64,000 bases of DNA, from positions 55,118,001-55,182,000 of the forward strand of contig OX597828.1 in the NCBI GenBank assembly GCA_951406725.2, given 5' to 3'. Position 1 is the first letter of the stretch. Every line of letters begins with the position of its first letter. The notes under the pieces are model-generated. The model was not told the origin of the DNA. It made no database searches and saw nothing but the letters and a program-made list of their open reading frames with translations. Both the position numbers and the translations under genes were made by a program. Of the stretch, positions 1 to 13,289 are shown in pieces. This DNA comes from Octopus vulgaris. Lineage: Eukaryota.

Positions 1-196
1 GGAATATGTTGGTTACATCGAATTCGTGATGTATGTACGATAACTTACGAAATGAATATGACGAAGGATGAATGCTGCCAACTCCAGCTAGCCTATAACC
101 CTTTCACCTACTGGACACCCGAGAACCTCGCCTTCAGCGATATCGTACGCTACCACGCGCTTCATGGTGGGATATCAAACTGCAATAGTTGCCGCA
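1..196 (+). CDS. FST: Follistatin, N-terminal (TB-like) domain exon; 5' end at window edge
   Basis: Frame 1 reads GICWLHRIRDVCTITYEMNMTKDECCQLQLAYNPFTYWTPENLAFSDIVRYHALHGGISNCNSCR. This matches the mature follistatin N-domain pattern GxCW..C..EECC..W..GG..NC..C. Phase-1 donor gtaagt at 197. Confidence 0.93.
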
Positions 197-473
197 GTAA
201 GTAACATTCCGTTTCGCTTCTTCATTCAGCTTTATTAACATTTTTTTAACATTTACATAAATTTAACAATTGTATTGGCTAAATGGATCAATTAATCTAT
301 AACAAGCTCCGTAGATTAAATACAGACTGGGGGGGGGGGGACAAACACAGACACACAAACATATACACACACGTACATATACACATATATATGACGTGCG
401 TCTTTTAGTTTCCGTCTACCAAATGAAGTGTTTTACTCAAGAACACAATATGCTGCTCGGTTCGGGAATCAAA

Positions 474-797
474 GTGGAGGCGCAAGGCCCAGTGGTTATG
501 GCAGCGGACTCGCGGTCGGAGGATCATGATTTCGATTCCCAGACCGGGCGTTGTGTGTATTTATTGAGCGAAAACACCTAAAAGCTCCACGAAGCTCCGG
601 CAGGGGGTGGTGGCGGATCCCCCCACCCCGCCGTACTCTTTCGCCACAGCATTCTTTCACTCTTTCTTCCTGTTTCTTGAGTAACGCTGCAATGGACTGG
701 CGTCCCGTCCAGCTGGGGGGAACACATACGCCACAGAAACCAGGAAACCGGGCCCATGAGCCTGGCTAGGCTTGAAAAGGGCAACGTTTATCGTTTA
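474..797 (+). mobile_element. tRNA-derived SINE, family B, nested inside a minus-strand family-D SINE remnant
   Basis: A box ggcccagtgg and B box ttcgattccc; (cgtttat)2 tail; 12-bp TSD tcgggaatcaaa at 462-473 and 798-809. Confidence 0.85.
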
Positions 798-1079
798 TCG
801 GGAATCAAAACGATGATCTGCCGATCTGAAAAGAAAGGTGACTTGAAAACGTCAAATTTAGCTTGAGCATCCTGTATACACCAATCGAGGAACCTGAAAT
901 GAAATGGTTTTCTCAAGAATACCTACCATACACGCTCGCTCAGGAACTGAACACATGATCTGGCGATCTGAAAAAATTATAAAAACTCGTCAAATTTAAC
1001 CCGAACACTCTGTATACACCTATCGAATCCCTTGATCGATTTCATGTAATTGTTATGTAATATCTATTTCACATTTCAG

Positions 1080-1307
1080 CAAACTGTGAAAACGTTAACT
1101 GCGGAGCAAACAAAGTCTGTCGCATGCGAGGAGGGCAACCACGCTGCATTTGCGCCCCGAATTGTACACTGCCATCCCGCTTCCAGAACTATCGTGGTAA
1201 ACTATGTGGCTCTGACGGCAAAGAATATCGGAACCATTGCAGTCTACTGAAATATAACTGTCGACATAGAAAGTCCGTCAGCATTGCTTACTTGGGAGCG
1301 TGTCGCA
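1080..1307 (+). CDS. FST: Follistatin domain 1 exon (EGF-like + Kazal)
   Basis: Acceptor atttcag|C and donor A|gtgagt; 228 nt, phase 1-1. Translation TNCENVNCGANKVCRMRGGQPRCICAPNC...LCGSDGKEYRNHCSLLKYNCRHRKSVSIAYLGACR has 10 Cys. Confidence 0.95.
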
Positions 1308-1333
1308 GTGAGTTTTCTTTACCATCTTGTTTG

Positions 1334-1474
<141 letters not shown>

Positions 1475-2649
1475 TCTTTTCCTCTTCATGGGCAGCTCGA
1501 TTAATTAATTTTCTTTAACTAAACACTTTGCATACTGTCAACATATTAAACACTACACAAACACTCTTATCCATCTAATACTGCATTGTATCTTTCAGGT
1601 TTTCTGTATCGCTTTTCTTGAGTTATCTCTTTCATTGTCCCCGAACATTTTGTAATCATACAACATCCACAGAGAACCTTGACACCACAGACCTAATCTG
1701 CATGGGTTCCTTGAAAGAAGATCTTCAGATCGTCTTCCAGGAAGACCATGCCAACCTTATCTCTTAACATCAAAAAGTAACTCACGAACTACTCATAACA
1801 AGAAAACATTACTACACCTCCCATCAGACATGGGTATCTCTCCTTCTCTCTCTTTCTCTTTCTTTCTCACTCACTCATGCGCAGACATACACACACAAAG
1901 CGACACACAGACACACTCAACTTTCATAACACACACACATACACACACAGACACACACACACACACGCACACACAAACACACATACACACACACACATAC
2001 ACGCGCGCCGAGGCAGACAGAGACAGACAAAGACGCAGACAGCCCGACAGACAGATAAATAGACAGACAGATAGATAGATAGCTAGATAGATAGAAAGAT
2101 GGATGGATGGATGGATGGATGGATAGATAGATTGACAAACGGACTGACAGAGATGTGTAGGTGCGTCTTTGTGTTAATTTATGTCTTTGTATATACAAAT
2201 ATATAAAAGCCATATATATTTAGAACTCTGTCATCACTAATTCCACGTTTAACTGTAATATCTGCGTCGTATGTTAGTAAAAAGTTTCGAAACCACGGAT
2301 GACAAAATAATTGTTTCTTCGTTTTTTTTCCTTTTATTGTATCGCATTTAATTGTGTTTATAAAATATTCAAATTTCATGTTATGTTGGAACGCTAGCAT
2401 TATTAAAGATTTTCCATAATAAGATGCATTGTGTTGGTGGTACTATTCTATTATATTCGCCGACTGTACAATAATAAAAGCATCAAATAGGTTACTAACT
2501 TCAATAAACTGTACTCCTACACGCAGATACGTGGTGATACAATTACCAACGCATTTTCTTGACTGTAAAAGTCGACATTAATGATAACCAAAAGTTCATC
2601 CTCAATCCAACTATTTTATTTCACATTCTTTATTAATGCATTGTGATTA

Positions 2650-3466
2650 TTTATCTTTTTGCTTGCTGAGTGAAAAGGGAAGCGCAGTGTTCGAGACCTT
2701 TGCTGGACCTCCAGAACCAGTGAGGTTGACGCCATCTTTGATCCGTTTAAACTGTTGCACGTTGACACCTTCAAGAAAGACACAAGCCGGGAGAAAATTC
2801 CAGAGGGCCAAAGTTATGGGGAGGAAAGACTGAGTATTATAGTTAGCAGTGGGGTGCAACAAGTGTGAAGAGAGGGCCGTGGGTCCCAAAATGATGGAGG
2901 TACAAGACCTGCCAACTCCAAAGAATAGAGGCTGTAAAAGTGGTGATAGAAAACACAGAGAAGAGACAGTATAGCTATATACCAGGGGCTATAATGTGTC
3001 CGTTTTAGTGTTTGAATACTCGTGACACAAGTGGATCTTCTCTAAATGCGGTCCAAATGTCTGTGAGCGTAACAGCAGCACTATCCCAGATGTAGGAGTA
3101 GTATTCCATTGTGCCTCTCACTTAAGCCTTGCAGAACGTCAATAGTTGCTGGGGATGGAAATATTTTCTTGCCCCGAAGTTTTGGAGATGCGATTCTAGT
3201 TATGTTAAGGACGTGACCAGTGTTTGGAGCGACAGTGATGGCTCTAACTGAGAGCCACTCATGTTTGATGGGAAGTGTAGTAATGTTTTCGTGATATGAG
3301 TAGTTCGTGAGTTACTTTTTGATGTTAAAAGAGATAAGGTTGGCATGGTCTTCCTGGAAGACGACCTGAAGATCTTCTTTCAAGGAACCCATGCAGATTA
3401 AGTGTGTGGTGTCAAGGTTCTCTGTGGATGTTGTGTGATTACAAAAAGTTCGGGGACAATGAAAGA
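2650..3466 (-). mobile_element. Degenerate LINE (CR1/L2/Jockey-like) RT C-terminal fragment
   Basis: Minus strand gives CKA*VRGTMEYYSYIWD and SFLPITLALWNFLPACVF..NVQQFK, resembling the YKAQVRPxMEY and SFFPxTxxLWNxLP motifs of APE-type LINE ORF2 ends. Confidence 0.7.
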
Positions 3467-3889
3467 CCATCAGATAAGTCATTGTTTTATGAAAACAAGA
3501 AAGTGGGGGACAAAAACTATCTTTGAGAAACTATCAAATTGATCGAGAGTGGGGCAGAAAGGGCTTCGTCAATGAATGTGATAGCACTATATGATAGGGA
3601 TCTGTATGATTCTATATGATCTAATTTTTTCCCTAGTTACTGACTGAATAATTATAATTCGGATTGCTTACCTTAGTTTTGTTGTTAATCATAGAAAATT
3701 TCCTCGGTCATTGCCCTTGCATAGTAATGTAGGGCTAGAGCCCTTGCAACTAATTTGTTCACAGTACAGTTTCGATGTCTGATTGAGCAAATTCTTTTGG
3801 TTCGCTCCTTTAGCATTTCTCTGTCATTGAAGCAGTTAATTGCATAACTATATCAGTATAGCTTCGGTAATATAACTGTCTCATTCCAA

Positions 3890-4464
3890 AAGGCGGCGAG
3901 CTGGCAGAAACGTTAGCACGCCGGGCGAAATGCGTAGCCGTATTTCATCTGCCGTTACGTTCTGAGTTCAAATTCCGCCGAGGTCAACGTTGCCTTTCAT
4001 CCTTTCGGAGTCGATTAAATAAGTACCAGTTACGCACTGGGGTCGATGTAATCGACTTAATCCGTTTGTCTGTCCTTATTTGTCCTTTCTGTTTAGCCCC
4101 TTGTGGGGAGTAAAGAAATAGAAATAGGTATTTCGCCTGCCGCTACGTTCTGAGTTCAAATTTCGCCGAGGTCAACTTTGCCTTTCATCCTTTCGGGGTC
4201 GATTAAATAAGTACCAGTTACGCACTGGGGTCGATATAATTGACTTAATCCGTTTGTCTGTCCTCTCTGTGTTTAGCCCCTTGTGGGTAGTAAAGAAATA
4301 GGTATTTCGTCTGCCGCTACGTTCTGAGTTCAAATTCCGCCGAGGTCGACTTTGCCTTTCATCCTTTCGGGGTCAATAAATTAAGTATCAGTTGCGTACT
4401 GGGGTCGATATAATCGACTGACCCCTCCCCCCAAATTTCGGGCCTTGTGCCTAGAGTAGAAAAG
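3890..4464 (+). mobile_element. tRNA-derived SINE, family A, with three tandem internal units
   Basis: Head ggcggcgagctggcagaaacgttagc...gagttcaaattcc; core gcctttcatcctttcggggtcgat (Nin/Deu-domain-like, inference); ~174-bp unit repeated; ~21-bp TSD aatataac[t/a]gtctcattc[c/t]aa. Confidence 0.9.
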
Positions 4465-4526
4465 AATATAACAGTCTCATTCTAATCCATTTTCATTATT
4501 GTTTATTTATTTATTTTCTATTTTAG

Positions 4527-4751
4527 ATTCATGCCAAGGCGTCAGCTGCTACAGCACCAGAAAGCGGTGTATCGAGGATCGCACGACATTACCTCACTGT
4601 GTCTATTGTAACCAACGCTGCAGTCCAAACCAAATACGACGTTATCTCTGCGACGAAAACGGCAATACGCACAACAGCTTCTGTCATCTCATATCAACAG
4701 CTTGCCAACAAGGACGCAGTATCAGATTAGCATACCATGGACGGTGTCGAG
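4527..4751 (+). CDS. FST: Follistatin domain 2 exon
   Basis: Acceptor ttttag|A and donor G|gtaac; 225 nt, phase 1-1. Translation NSCQGVSCYSTRKRCIEDRTTLPHCVYCNQRC...YLCDENGNTHNSFCHLISTACQQGRSIRLAYHGRCR; GRSIxLAY is typical of FSD2. Confidence 0.95.
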
Positions 4752-5004
4752 GTAACAGGTTTACATTTTTTCTCAGTTTCTTTCTTTTATTTTTTTTTTC
4801 AGTTTATTAATGAATCTACAATACTATCTAAAAAAAAAATAAAATGCTTTCTAATCAATACTTAAACCAGATGTGAAGACCAATCCAATAAGTCAACTGG
4901 TAACAGTTTAAATTTCCATTACCCTATTTATAGCTATTTCTCGTTTCATTAATCAGTTAAAAAATGTTTTCCTGCCTTTTGAAGTTTACTTTACACAACT
5001 CAGT

Positions 5005-5238
5005 ACCTATTTCTTTATTACCCACAGGGGACTAAACACAGAGGAGACAAACAAGGACAGACATAGGTATTAAGTCGATTAGATCGACCCAGTGCGTAAC
5101 TGGTACTTAATTTATCGACTCTGAAATGATGAAAGGCAAAGTCGACCTCGGCGGAATTTGAACTCAGAACGTAACGGCAGACGAAATACCGCTAAGCATT
5201 TCGCTCGGCGTGCTAACGATTCTGCCAGCTCGCCGCCC
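5005..5238 (-). mobile_element. SINE family A
   Basis: Reverse complement of the 3890 element (head plus first unit). Confidence 0.9.
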
Positions 5239-5502
5239 TTTACAACTTAATATCTTTCGATAACATCGAAAGAGAAATGATTTGATTGTTACATCTTTCC
5301 CAAAGGCATTAAAGATGTAACTAACGTTAAATTAATCCAACGTCTTGTTTGAAACCGTGTTGCTGACTCGGCTTGCTGAGAGCTTATTTCTTGTTATACA
5401 ATACACGACACTTTACTCTCCTCCATCGTTGTCCTTGACAGGGCTTAGACTCAGAACGTGGATGTTCAAGATTAAATCTTGTAAATAATTTAATTCGTTT
5501 AA

Positions 5503-5704
5503 GGCGGCCAGCTGGCAGAAACGTTAGCACGCCGGGCGAAATGCGTAGCCGTATTTCGTCTGCCGCTACGTTCTGAGTTCAAATTCCGCCGAGGTCGACT
5601 TTGCCTTTCAGCCTTTCGGGGTCGATAAATTAAATACTGGGGTCGATCTAATCGACTGGCCACCTCCCCGCCAAAATTTCGGGCCTTGTGCCTAGAGTAG
5701 AAAA
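5503..5704 (+). mobile_element. SINE family A (short-tail form)
   Basis: Same head; tail ggccttgtgcctagagtagaaaag; TSD aataatttaattc on both sides. Confidence 0.9.
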
Positions 5705-5851
5705 GAATAATTTAATTCATTAACCTATTAATTCTGCGACTATGCAGGCATATTAAGTAACAACAATCGCATCTGATGAATTATTAGCAAAGCAATAAAT
5801 GATTTATTGCCGTATGTTTTTGTCTTATTTCAAACTTTATCTCATTTATAG

Positions 5852-6079
5852 AAAATGCCAATTGTAGTAACATTGTTTGTCCGTCTGGTAAGACGTGTCT
5901 AACCGATCCAAGAAATGGCCGCCCTGTGTGCTACGCTTGCAACCGCCATTGTGAACATGTGCCAAGTGTTAGAGTGTGTGGCACAAACAACCGCACTTAT
6001 GAGAACTACTGCGATCTCAGCGCCAGTGCCTGCAAACAGGGAATTTATATTAAAGCTGTACATGCAGGGAGCTGCAAAT
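5852..6079 (+). CDS. FST: Follistatin domain 3 exon
   Basis: Acceptor tttatag|A and donor T|gtaagt; 228 nt, phase 1-1. Translation ENANCSNIVCPSGKTCLTDPRNGRPVCYACNRHC...VCGTNNRTYENYCDLSASACKQGIYIKAVHAGSCK. Confidence 0.95.
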
Positions 6080-6739
6080 GTAAGTTGTATTTTTTTTTTC
6101 GGAACATTACTTTTTGTTATTATTCTTTCCTTTTATTTCTTGAAACACAAGTTGACAATATGTGGAAATGAGACAAGAGGTGTTTAGGAGATAAAAAAGT
6201 TGTTTAATGAACCCGAATGTGGTAATCCAGTAATAATGTTGTGTCATTCTTCAGTATCCTACTAAGTTGAAAACAACTCTGAAAATTAATGATAACTAGC
6301 TTAAAAACCGTACCCCGTACGGACTTTTAAGCTAGCTCCTACGAAGGGCTAATTGCGCCTGTGGCTCAAACTAAGGGAGCAATAATAAAGTATTTATTGG
6401 TACCCTACTAATATGGTATTATTCTAAATTCAGTTTAAATGAAAAATTTGTAAATTCACAAATGCTTGGAGTTCCCTTAAAATTTGTATTTTCAACTGTT
6501 AGCGCATAACAAATCCTCATCCAAACCTGATCCTAATGCAAGATGTTCAAGAACTAAATGAAGGGCAGATTTTCAATTCCAGGATCATCCTGATGCCCAA
6601 AAGGTATAAAATATGTCTATGTAGAGTAAACTGTAGACTGAGATACAGGAGTTCCAAACGGACGGAGAGACAAAATTTCGCGTTTATCATTATAGAAATA
6701 ATAAAAATATCGCAAAACACCACAAATTAACAATTGTCA

Positions 6740-7270
6740 CACTTAACAGTGAGCGAGTAGATCGTCTCCAATCATATATTACAGAAAGAATATTGCAATT
6801 CTTTTCATTTTGATATTAAACCCATTATCATTCCTACTAAAAAAAATCAAATGGCTACAAATGGCTAGGGTCTGCAACAGCTAGAAATCTTATTTTTGTG
6901 TGTTCGACCTGAAGAGTTATGCTAAAAATGTTATCAATGTCAAAAAACAGCTGGAGTTAATAACAAAATTTTCAACTGACATAGGAATGCAATTTAGCTA
7001 AAAGAAATGCATATATTTGGTGAAAGTGGAAAATCAGTACTCCAAACCCAAATCCCTGCGCCAACAGCTTCAGCCTCTCTCCTGTTGCACACAAAAAAAT
7101 GCTTCAAATATCGAGGCATTAGGGAAAACATATACGAAGGTGCTGAAATATAGTGACTCGAGAATATTATAACAGATTTTGAAAAATATGGCAGTAGGAC
7201 AATAAGACAATATCTCGCAATACGTTTGCAGAACCAGTGTTGATTCCAGCATTCGAGATTCTTGACTGAT
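6740..7270 (+). mobile_element. Degenerate RLE-type (R4/Dong-like) non-LTR RT fragment
   Basis: Reads QLELITKFSTDIGMQF and FKYRGIRE; homologous to minus-strand 43340-43990. Confidence 0.6.
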
Positions 7271-7895
7271 CTGAAGAGAGAATCCACTCCTTCATTATCG
7301 ACGGCGTTGAACACCCATAATGCATGCACTAATACATATGTGCATACATATATATTTATATACAAACGTAAATGTATGTATGTATATATATATACATACA
7401 TACATGCACACACACGTACATACATACACACACACATAAATACTTACAAATACTTACATACACGCATGCGTACACACCATCACAGATATCTCACTATATA
7501 TAAACGGCCAAATGTCTGTGTGTGTATCCTTTATACAAATCCACAATTGTTTGGTTAGAGGGCTCGCACTTTCTATGATCATTCAAAACTGCCCAAGGAT
7601 GGTCATGCACATCTTTACATTTCCCCAGTCACCCCACAAGGCCATTAAAAAATCAATAGAAGTGACTGTTTTGTGAATTTTCTGTCCAAAACCCAATCAA
7701 AATGCCCGAAACTTGACACGCCAATTGAATGCCAGCTAGCTGTATGTGATTGGTCGGAGATTTGGACAGTACTCGCGTGTATGTGCGCACGCACGCAGCT
7801 GTATATGCATGCACTAGCACTAGTGATAGTTACTAAATAAAATATTTCTTCTTTTTCTTACTTGAATATATTTCCTTTTATTTTAATATTTCCAG

Positions 7896-7966
7896 CTTCG
7901 AACGATACACAGAGTTTGGAAAATCACAATAATTATTCATCAGCATCAACGACAGCAAATCCATAA
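7896..7966 (+). CDS. FST: Probable terminal coding exon of follistatin (short Ser/Thr/Asn-rich tail)
   Basis: Strong pyrimidine tract plus tttccag at 7895. The phase-1 continuation reads SSNDTQSLENHNNYSSASTTANP*. No homology support. Confidence 0.55.
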
Positions 7967-8279
7967 ATTAAATTCTGTATTGCCAAGAGACAGACAAAGC
8001 AGAGTCAGTGCACCATGTTGTAACCAGTGAAGAGGTTGATTGATATTTGGAAATTAAGGAAGAATGAAAACGAAAACAAAGACAACCAATAGAAAAAAAT
8101 GAACGAAGAACTTTGTCGATGCGTTCACGTTACAAACGGACAGAAATGGTTAAATACTGACGAGTTTTGCATGGCGACTGAAAACTGCTAATGTTTAAGA
8201 ATTGGTGCGATGTGTGTATGGTTATGAGTACATGTGCATGTATGTATACGTATGTGTGTTGTATGGGTGGGCGTTTATG

Positions 8280-8923
<644 letters not shown>

Positions 8924-9122
8924 CGCACTCAGACTAGGCGTATATGATCAAATAAATACATGACTGTATGCATGCATGTACGTATGTTTGTATGTTTGTA
9001 TGAGTGGAGTTGGGTCGTGTATACGCATAAATGTGTATATAAGTATGAATATACATATAATACTATAAATTTATTATAATCAATATTCGTACGTTTACAC
9101 TTACTCTTATATATGCGTGCGC

Positions 9123-9184
<62 letters not shown>

Positions 9185-10032
9185 ATGCATGTGTGTGTTT
9201 GTAAGTGTTTGTGCGTGTGCGCATGCTCATCTTCACCTGAAATACAAAAACAACTGTTTATAATCTGAGAACTCTTTTATATTGTTTCGAAGAAATCAGC
9301 AATGAATATATAATTTTTCACCCATATTTTATTTTGCATTGAATATATATGTCTCTTATTCTCTATTTATATACACGCAAGTGCACATTTATTGGTCGAC
9401 AATGCCGGTTTTTGTAACATATAATATCATGTAACACAAAATTTTCATTTATTTATGTTTGTCTGCATTCATAAAATTATATTCCCGAGAGAATTCTTTT
9501 TTTTCCTGATTAATACAAGAAAACAAGAGTTTAAGAAAGAATTTAACATTTTAGCATTTATACTGACCATTGCTACAAGAAAGAGTCAGAACTACTCTTA
9601 GCCACGTGAGAGTACTTTTCTAATGGCTGACAAAAGAGACAGGCTCCCCTACCTATAACAAGTGAGATGGAGTCATATCAGCTCTGATTTCAGACTTAAT
9701 CAATATTGATCAGTGACCCACTACTACGTTGCCGAGGATTAAAAAACCTAAGTCACCCTGTCAATCCTATAGAGGACACCATAGGAAACATTGACCGATT
9801 TCGAAAAAGCTGAAGTGAGAATTATAAATTATTAAGGTGGGCTATTCGCAGTTTAGAACCGATAGGCAAGAAGTACACTAAAGTGACAAATGATGCCAGT
9901 AAGCACCATCATTGCTAGAAATAAGAGGCAAAACAACTCTTAGCCACGTGAGAGCACTTTTCTAACGGCTGACAAGGGAGATCAATATATATGTATATAT
10001 ATATAATCATAATCATCATCATCATCATCATC

Positions 10033-10357
10033 GTTTAACGTCCGTTCTCCATGCTAGCATGGGTTGGACGGTTCGACCGGGGATCTGGGAAGCCAGAAGG
10101 CTGCACCAGGCTCCAGTCTGATCTGGCAGTGTTTCTACAGCTGGATGCCCTTCCTAATGCCAACCACACCGTGAGTGTAGTGGGTGATTTTTACGTGCCA
10201 CCTGCACAGGTGCCAGACGAGGCTGGCAACGGCCACGATCGGATTGGTGCATTTTACGGCCACGATTCGATGCCTTGACTGTCTTCCGTGCCGGTGGCAC
10301 GTAAAAAGCACCATCCGAAATCGTGGCCGATGCCAGTGCCGCCTCGACTGGCTTCCG

Positions 10358-10361
<4 letters not shown>
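10033..10361 (-). mobile_element. Interspersed repeat (SINE-like, ggatgcccttcct motif) with (ATC)n tail
   Basis: GC-rich block between (ATC)n and (TA)n with internal subrepeats; family not identified. Confidence 0.55.
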
Positions 10362-10397
<36 letters not shown>

Positions 10398-10658
10398 ATA
10401 TTAAAACTATAGGATAAAACTTTTTTTTTTCAGAAAAAAATTTCATCAAAAGTGGCAGCATAATAAAATACCTTTAAAAGTTAAAATTATAAACGACTTA
10501 TAAACAAGGACAAAATAAAATTATTTCTATGCCAATATGCTGAGAACAGACTTTAAATCGTCAATTTCCACATTTCCTTGTTTATAAATTATATATATAT
10601 TATGAAGTAGCGTGAAACGATCGTACCAAATTACCGTAGATATTCTTGATGATTATTT

Positions 10659-10717
<59 letters not shown>

Positions 10718-11159
10718 TATGTATGTACATACATATATAAATATATATAATTCAGTTATAGGTTATGTTAGCTTCTTGAAGGGATGGTGCCATGCAAGGA
10801 AATATTGGTTCAGTACCTAATATTTTGGTGGGAGATTTTGAAGTTAATAAGAGTTTATTATCAGCAACAAATTGATAATTATCCCTTACATCTGTTTCAA
10901 TTATACACAGGAAAGTTAATTAAATATTAAATTAATATTTTTGAGCATAATCTTTTCAGGGGGAAAAAAGATATACCTCTAGATGTTATGTAAAGGTGGT
11001 ACTCCAGTATGGCCGCAGTCAAATGACAAAAAAAGTAAAAGAATAAAGAATATATATATTATCTGGTTTCCACCACACACACAACACCTGAGAACATAAA
11101 TTAAGTTCTTCGATACACATGTGAAGTGATTTTTTTATGGTGAATATTTGACCTGACTT

Positions 11160-11640
11160 GAATTTATATGTTGAAGCTTCTACAAAGTTGAAGTAGCTCC
11201 CGCAATTAGGACAGTTGAATTTTTTGACTAGTAGGGTTGTATCTTTGCGGGGTAATTTGGCGCTGGTAAGTAACCTTTTTAGGGATTTGGGCTATCTTTT
11301 ACTTTTAATAATTTTACGTGTTTCGAGTGCGTTTTTCATTTGTAGGTCGTTCAGCAGAAGTGGAATATTCTGATGGATGATGTTGCCTGCTTTCATATTC
11401 CTTGGATTGTGTGTTGATACGTATGACAAAGTTTTAAGTGTGTCAGCAGGGTTTCCTGTTTTTCGTAATTCTTAGAAGTCTATCGTTTTTGCGACTTCTA
11501 TTCCGATTTTGATTAAACTAAGCAGGTATTTTCTTTCTAGTAATATATTTTAAGTTCTTGGAGTCGTTTATCTCGGGTTTCAGGATTTGATACAAATCTT
11601 GTAAATTATTTTTCCCAAGTTAAAAGGTTTATTGATTTTA
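11160..11640 (-). mobile_element. Penelope-like element fragment (RT thumb/linker)
   Basis: Minus strand gives PFNLGK..., NPETRDKRLQEL and KR*PKSLKRLLTSAKL. Hammerhead-like motifs flank it at 11661-11694 and 10883-10962. Confidence 0.65.
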
Positions 11641-12562
11641 GTATGAAGAAGAAGAGCAGGTCTAACGTTTCGGTGTAACCGTCTTCGTCAGAGAGGAAAA
11701 GAGATATTATTGAGAATAGTTCTGGGCGAATAGACTATGAGTAATGAGGAAGGTGGGGCAACAATGAAGAATAAAGGAAGATGAGGTGAGGAAAGGTAAC
11801 GTGGATAAAATATGAGAAATTTAACAGAATTTGTGGCAGATTTGAAGAATATGGAGGTGAGGATGCAAAACAAAAAAAAGAAAAGAAAAAGCATGCACAC
11901 ACACATCACTTGTTTCCTCTGATTCTACAGTATCTCTTTAGAATCCTGTCTATGGTTAAACCATTATAATTATACAGTACCATACTACATAAATCCACTT
12001 GGCCTTATGTGTTTCCATTTATCATTAAATCACTGGAAATACCATTATCTTCATGCTCCAAATCTGCAAGTCAAACTATTTTACGAACAACATACCATTG
12101 CTATCATATGCATTAAATATCACTTCAACTCTTCTCTTCATGTGTTGATGCCACCTTCAAATAAATTCATAATCGTTGCTACAAATGTAAATGAACATTA
12201 TCTTTATATTCATATTTGTATTCAGCCATTTTTGAAAAACATTATCGCTATTACCATTTTTGAAGATAAAACATTTTGGTCCAATCTAAAGAATTTTTAT
12301 CGATTATCATTAATAATATATTCATGTTCAATACTGAAAGTATCTTCATATAAAATATACTTTTTGCTCGGTTGGTTAGTGTTGTTTCTTTCTCTAAAAA
12401 AAAGCCGTTCGCTGTATCTGACTATTTTTCATTTAAAGACTATATATATTTCTATTTATATCCACCACATACAACACATACACACGCACACACGTACATA
12501 CACACTCACAGATGCGCTCATATATGCATGTGTGTGTGTGTAAACGTATATATTAAAAAAAA

Positions 12563-12822
12563 GGTAAAATTACTTTCTGGAATCATGCTGAGCCATAAGG
12601 GGTCGGTTTCCCGGTTTCACGGCGTATATACCCCCCCCCCCACTCCTGGTCGGGACGCCAGACCGTCACAGGATTACTCGCTTTTGCCAGCTGAGTGGAC
12701 TGGAGCAACGTGAAATGAAGTGTTTTGCTCAAGAACACAACGCATCGCCCGGTCCAGGAATCGAAACCACAATCTTACGATCATGAGTTCAACATCCTAA
12801 CTACTCAACCACGCGCCTCCAC
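12563..12822 (-). mobile_element. SINE family D variant
   Basis: tRNA-like head followed by the core gttgtgttcttgagcaaaacacttcatttcacgttgctccagtccactcagctg. Confidence 0.8.
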
Positions 12823-13289
12823 ATATGTATATATTGAACCTGCATGGTCATAGCCAGAGGGCTAGAATGCATAAAGGAATAAAGGAATATATATATATAT
12901 ATATATATATATAAACGATGGAGGCATTATTAATACTGAATGGCAATTTTTATATCCTATTTAAAGTGGTTGAGTTATTAGATCGCCGTAATACTACGGT
13001 ATTCGTTTGAGAGGGTCTCTCATATAGACGTGCGGTGCTAAGAGCCCAAACATGTCGTAGAAGACGATGTATGTATGTACGTATCAATAAATCGAACCTA
13101 TAATCAAAGAAAGTCAGAAAAATTTGGTTTCGAAACAACTAAATCCGCGATAACAACAAATATGACAGTCACTACATATATGCATACATACATACATACA
13201 TACATACATACATACATACATACATACATACATACATACATACATACATACATGCATATATGCATACACACATAAATACTTACATTCAT

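Noticed and set aside
7488-7810. Possible Helitron-like element (tc...tatatataaa start)
   Set aside because: No clear 3' hairpin/CTRR end or second copy to support it.
12007-12543. 178-aa ORF
   Set aside because: AT-rich, no recognisable motif or splice context, and it ends in a microsatellite.
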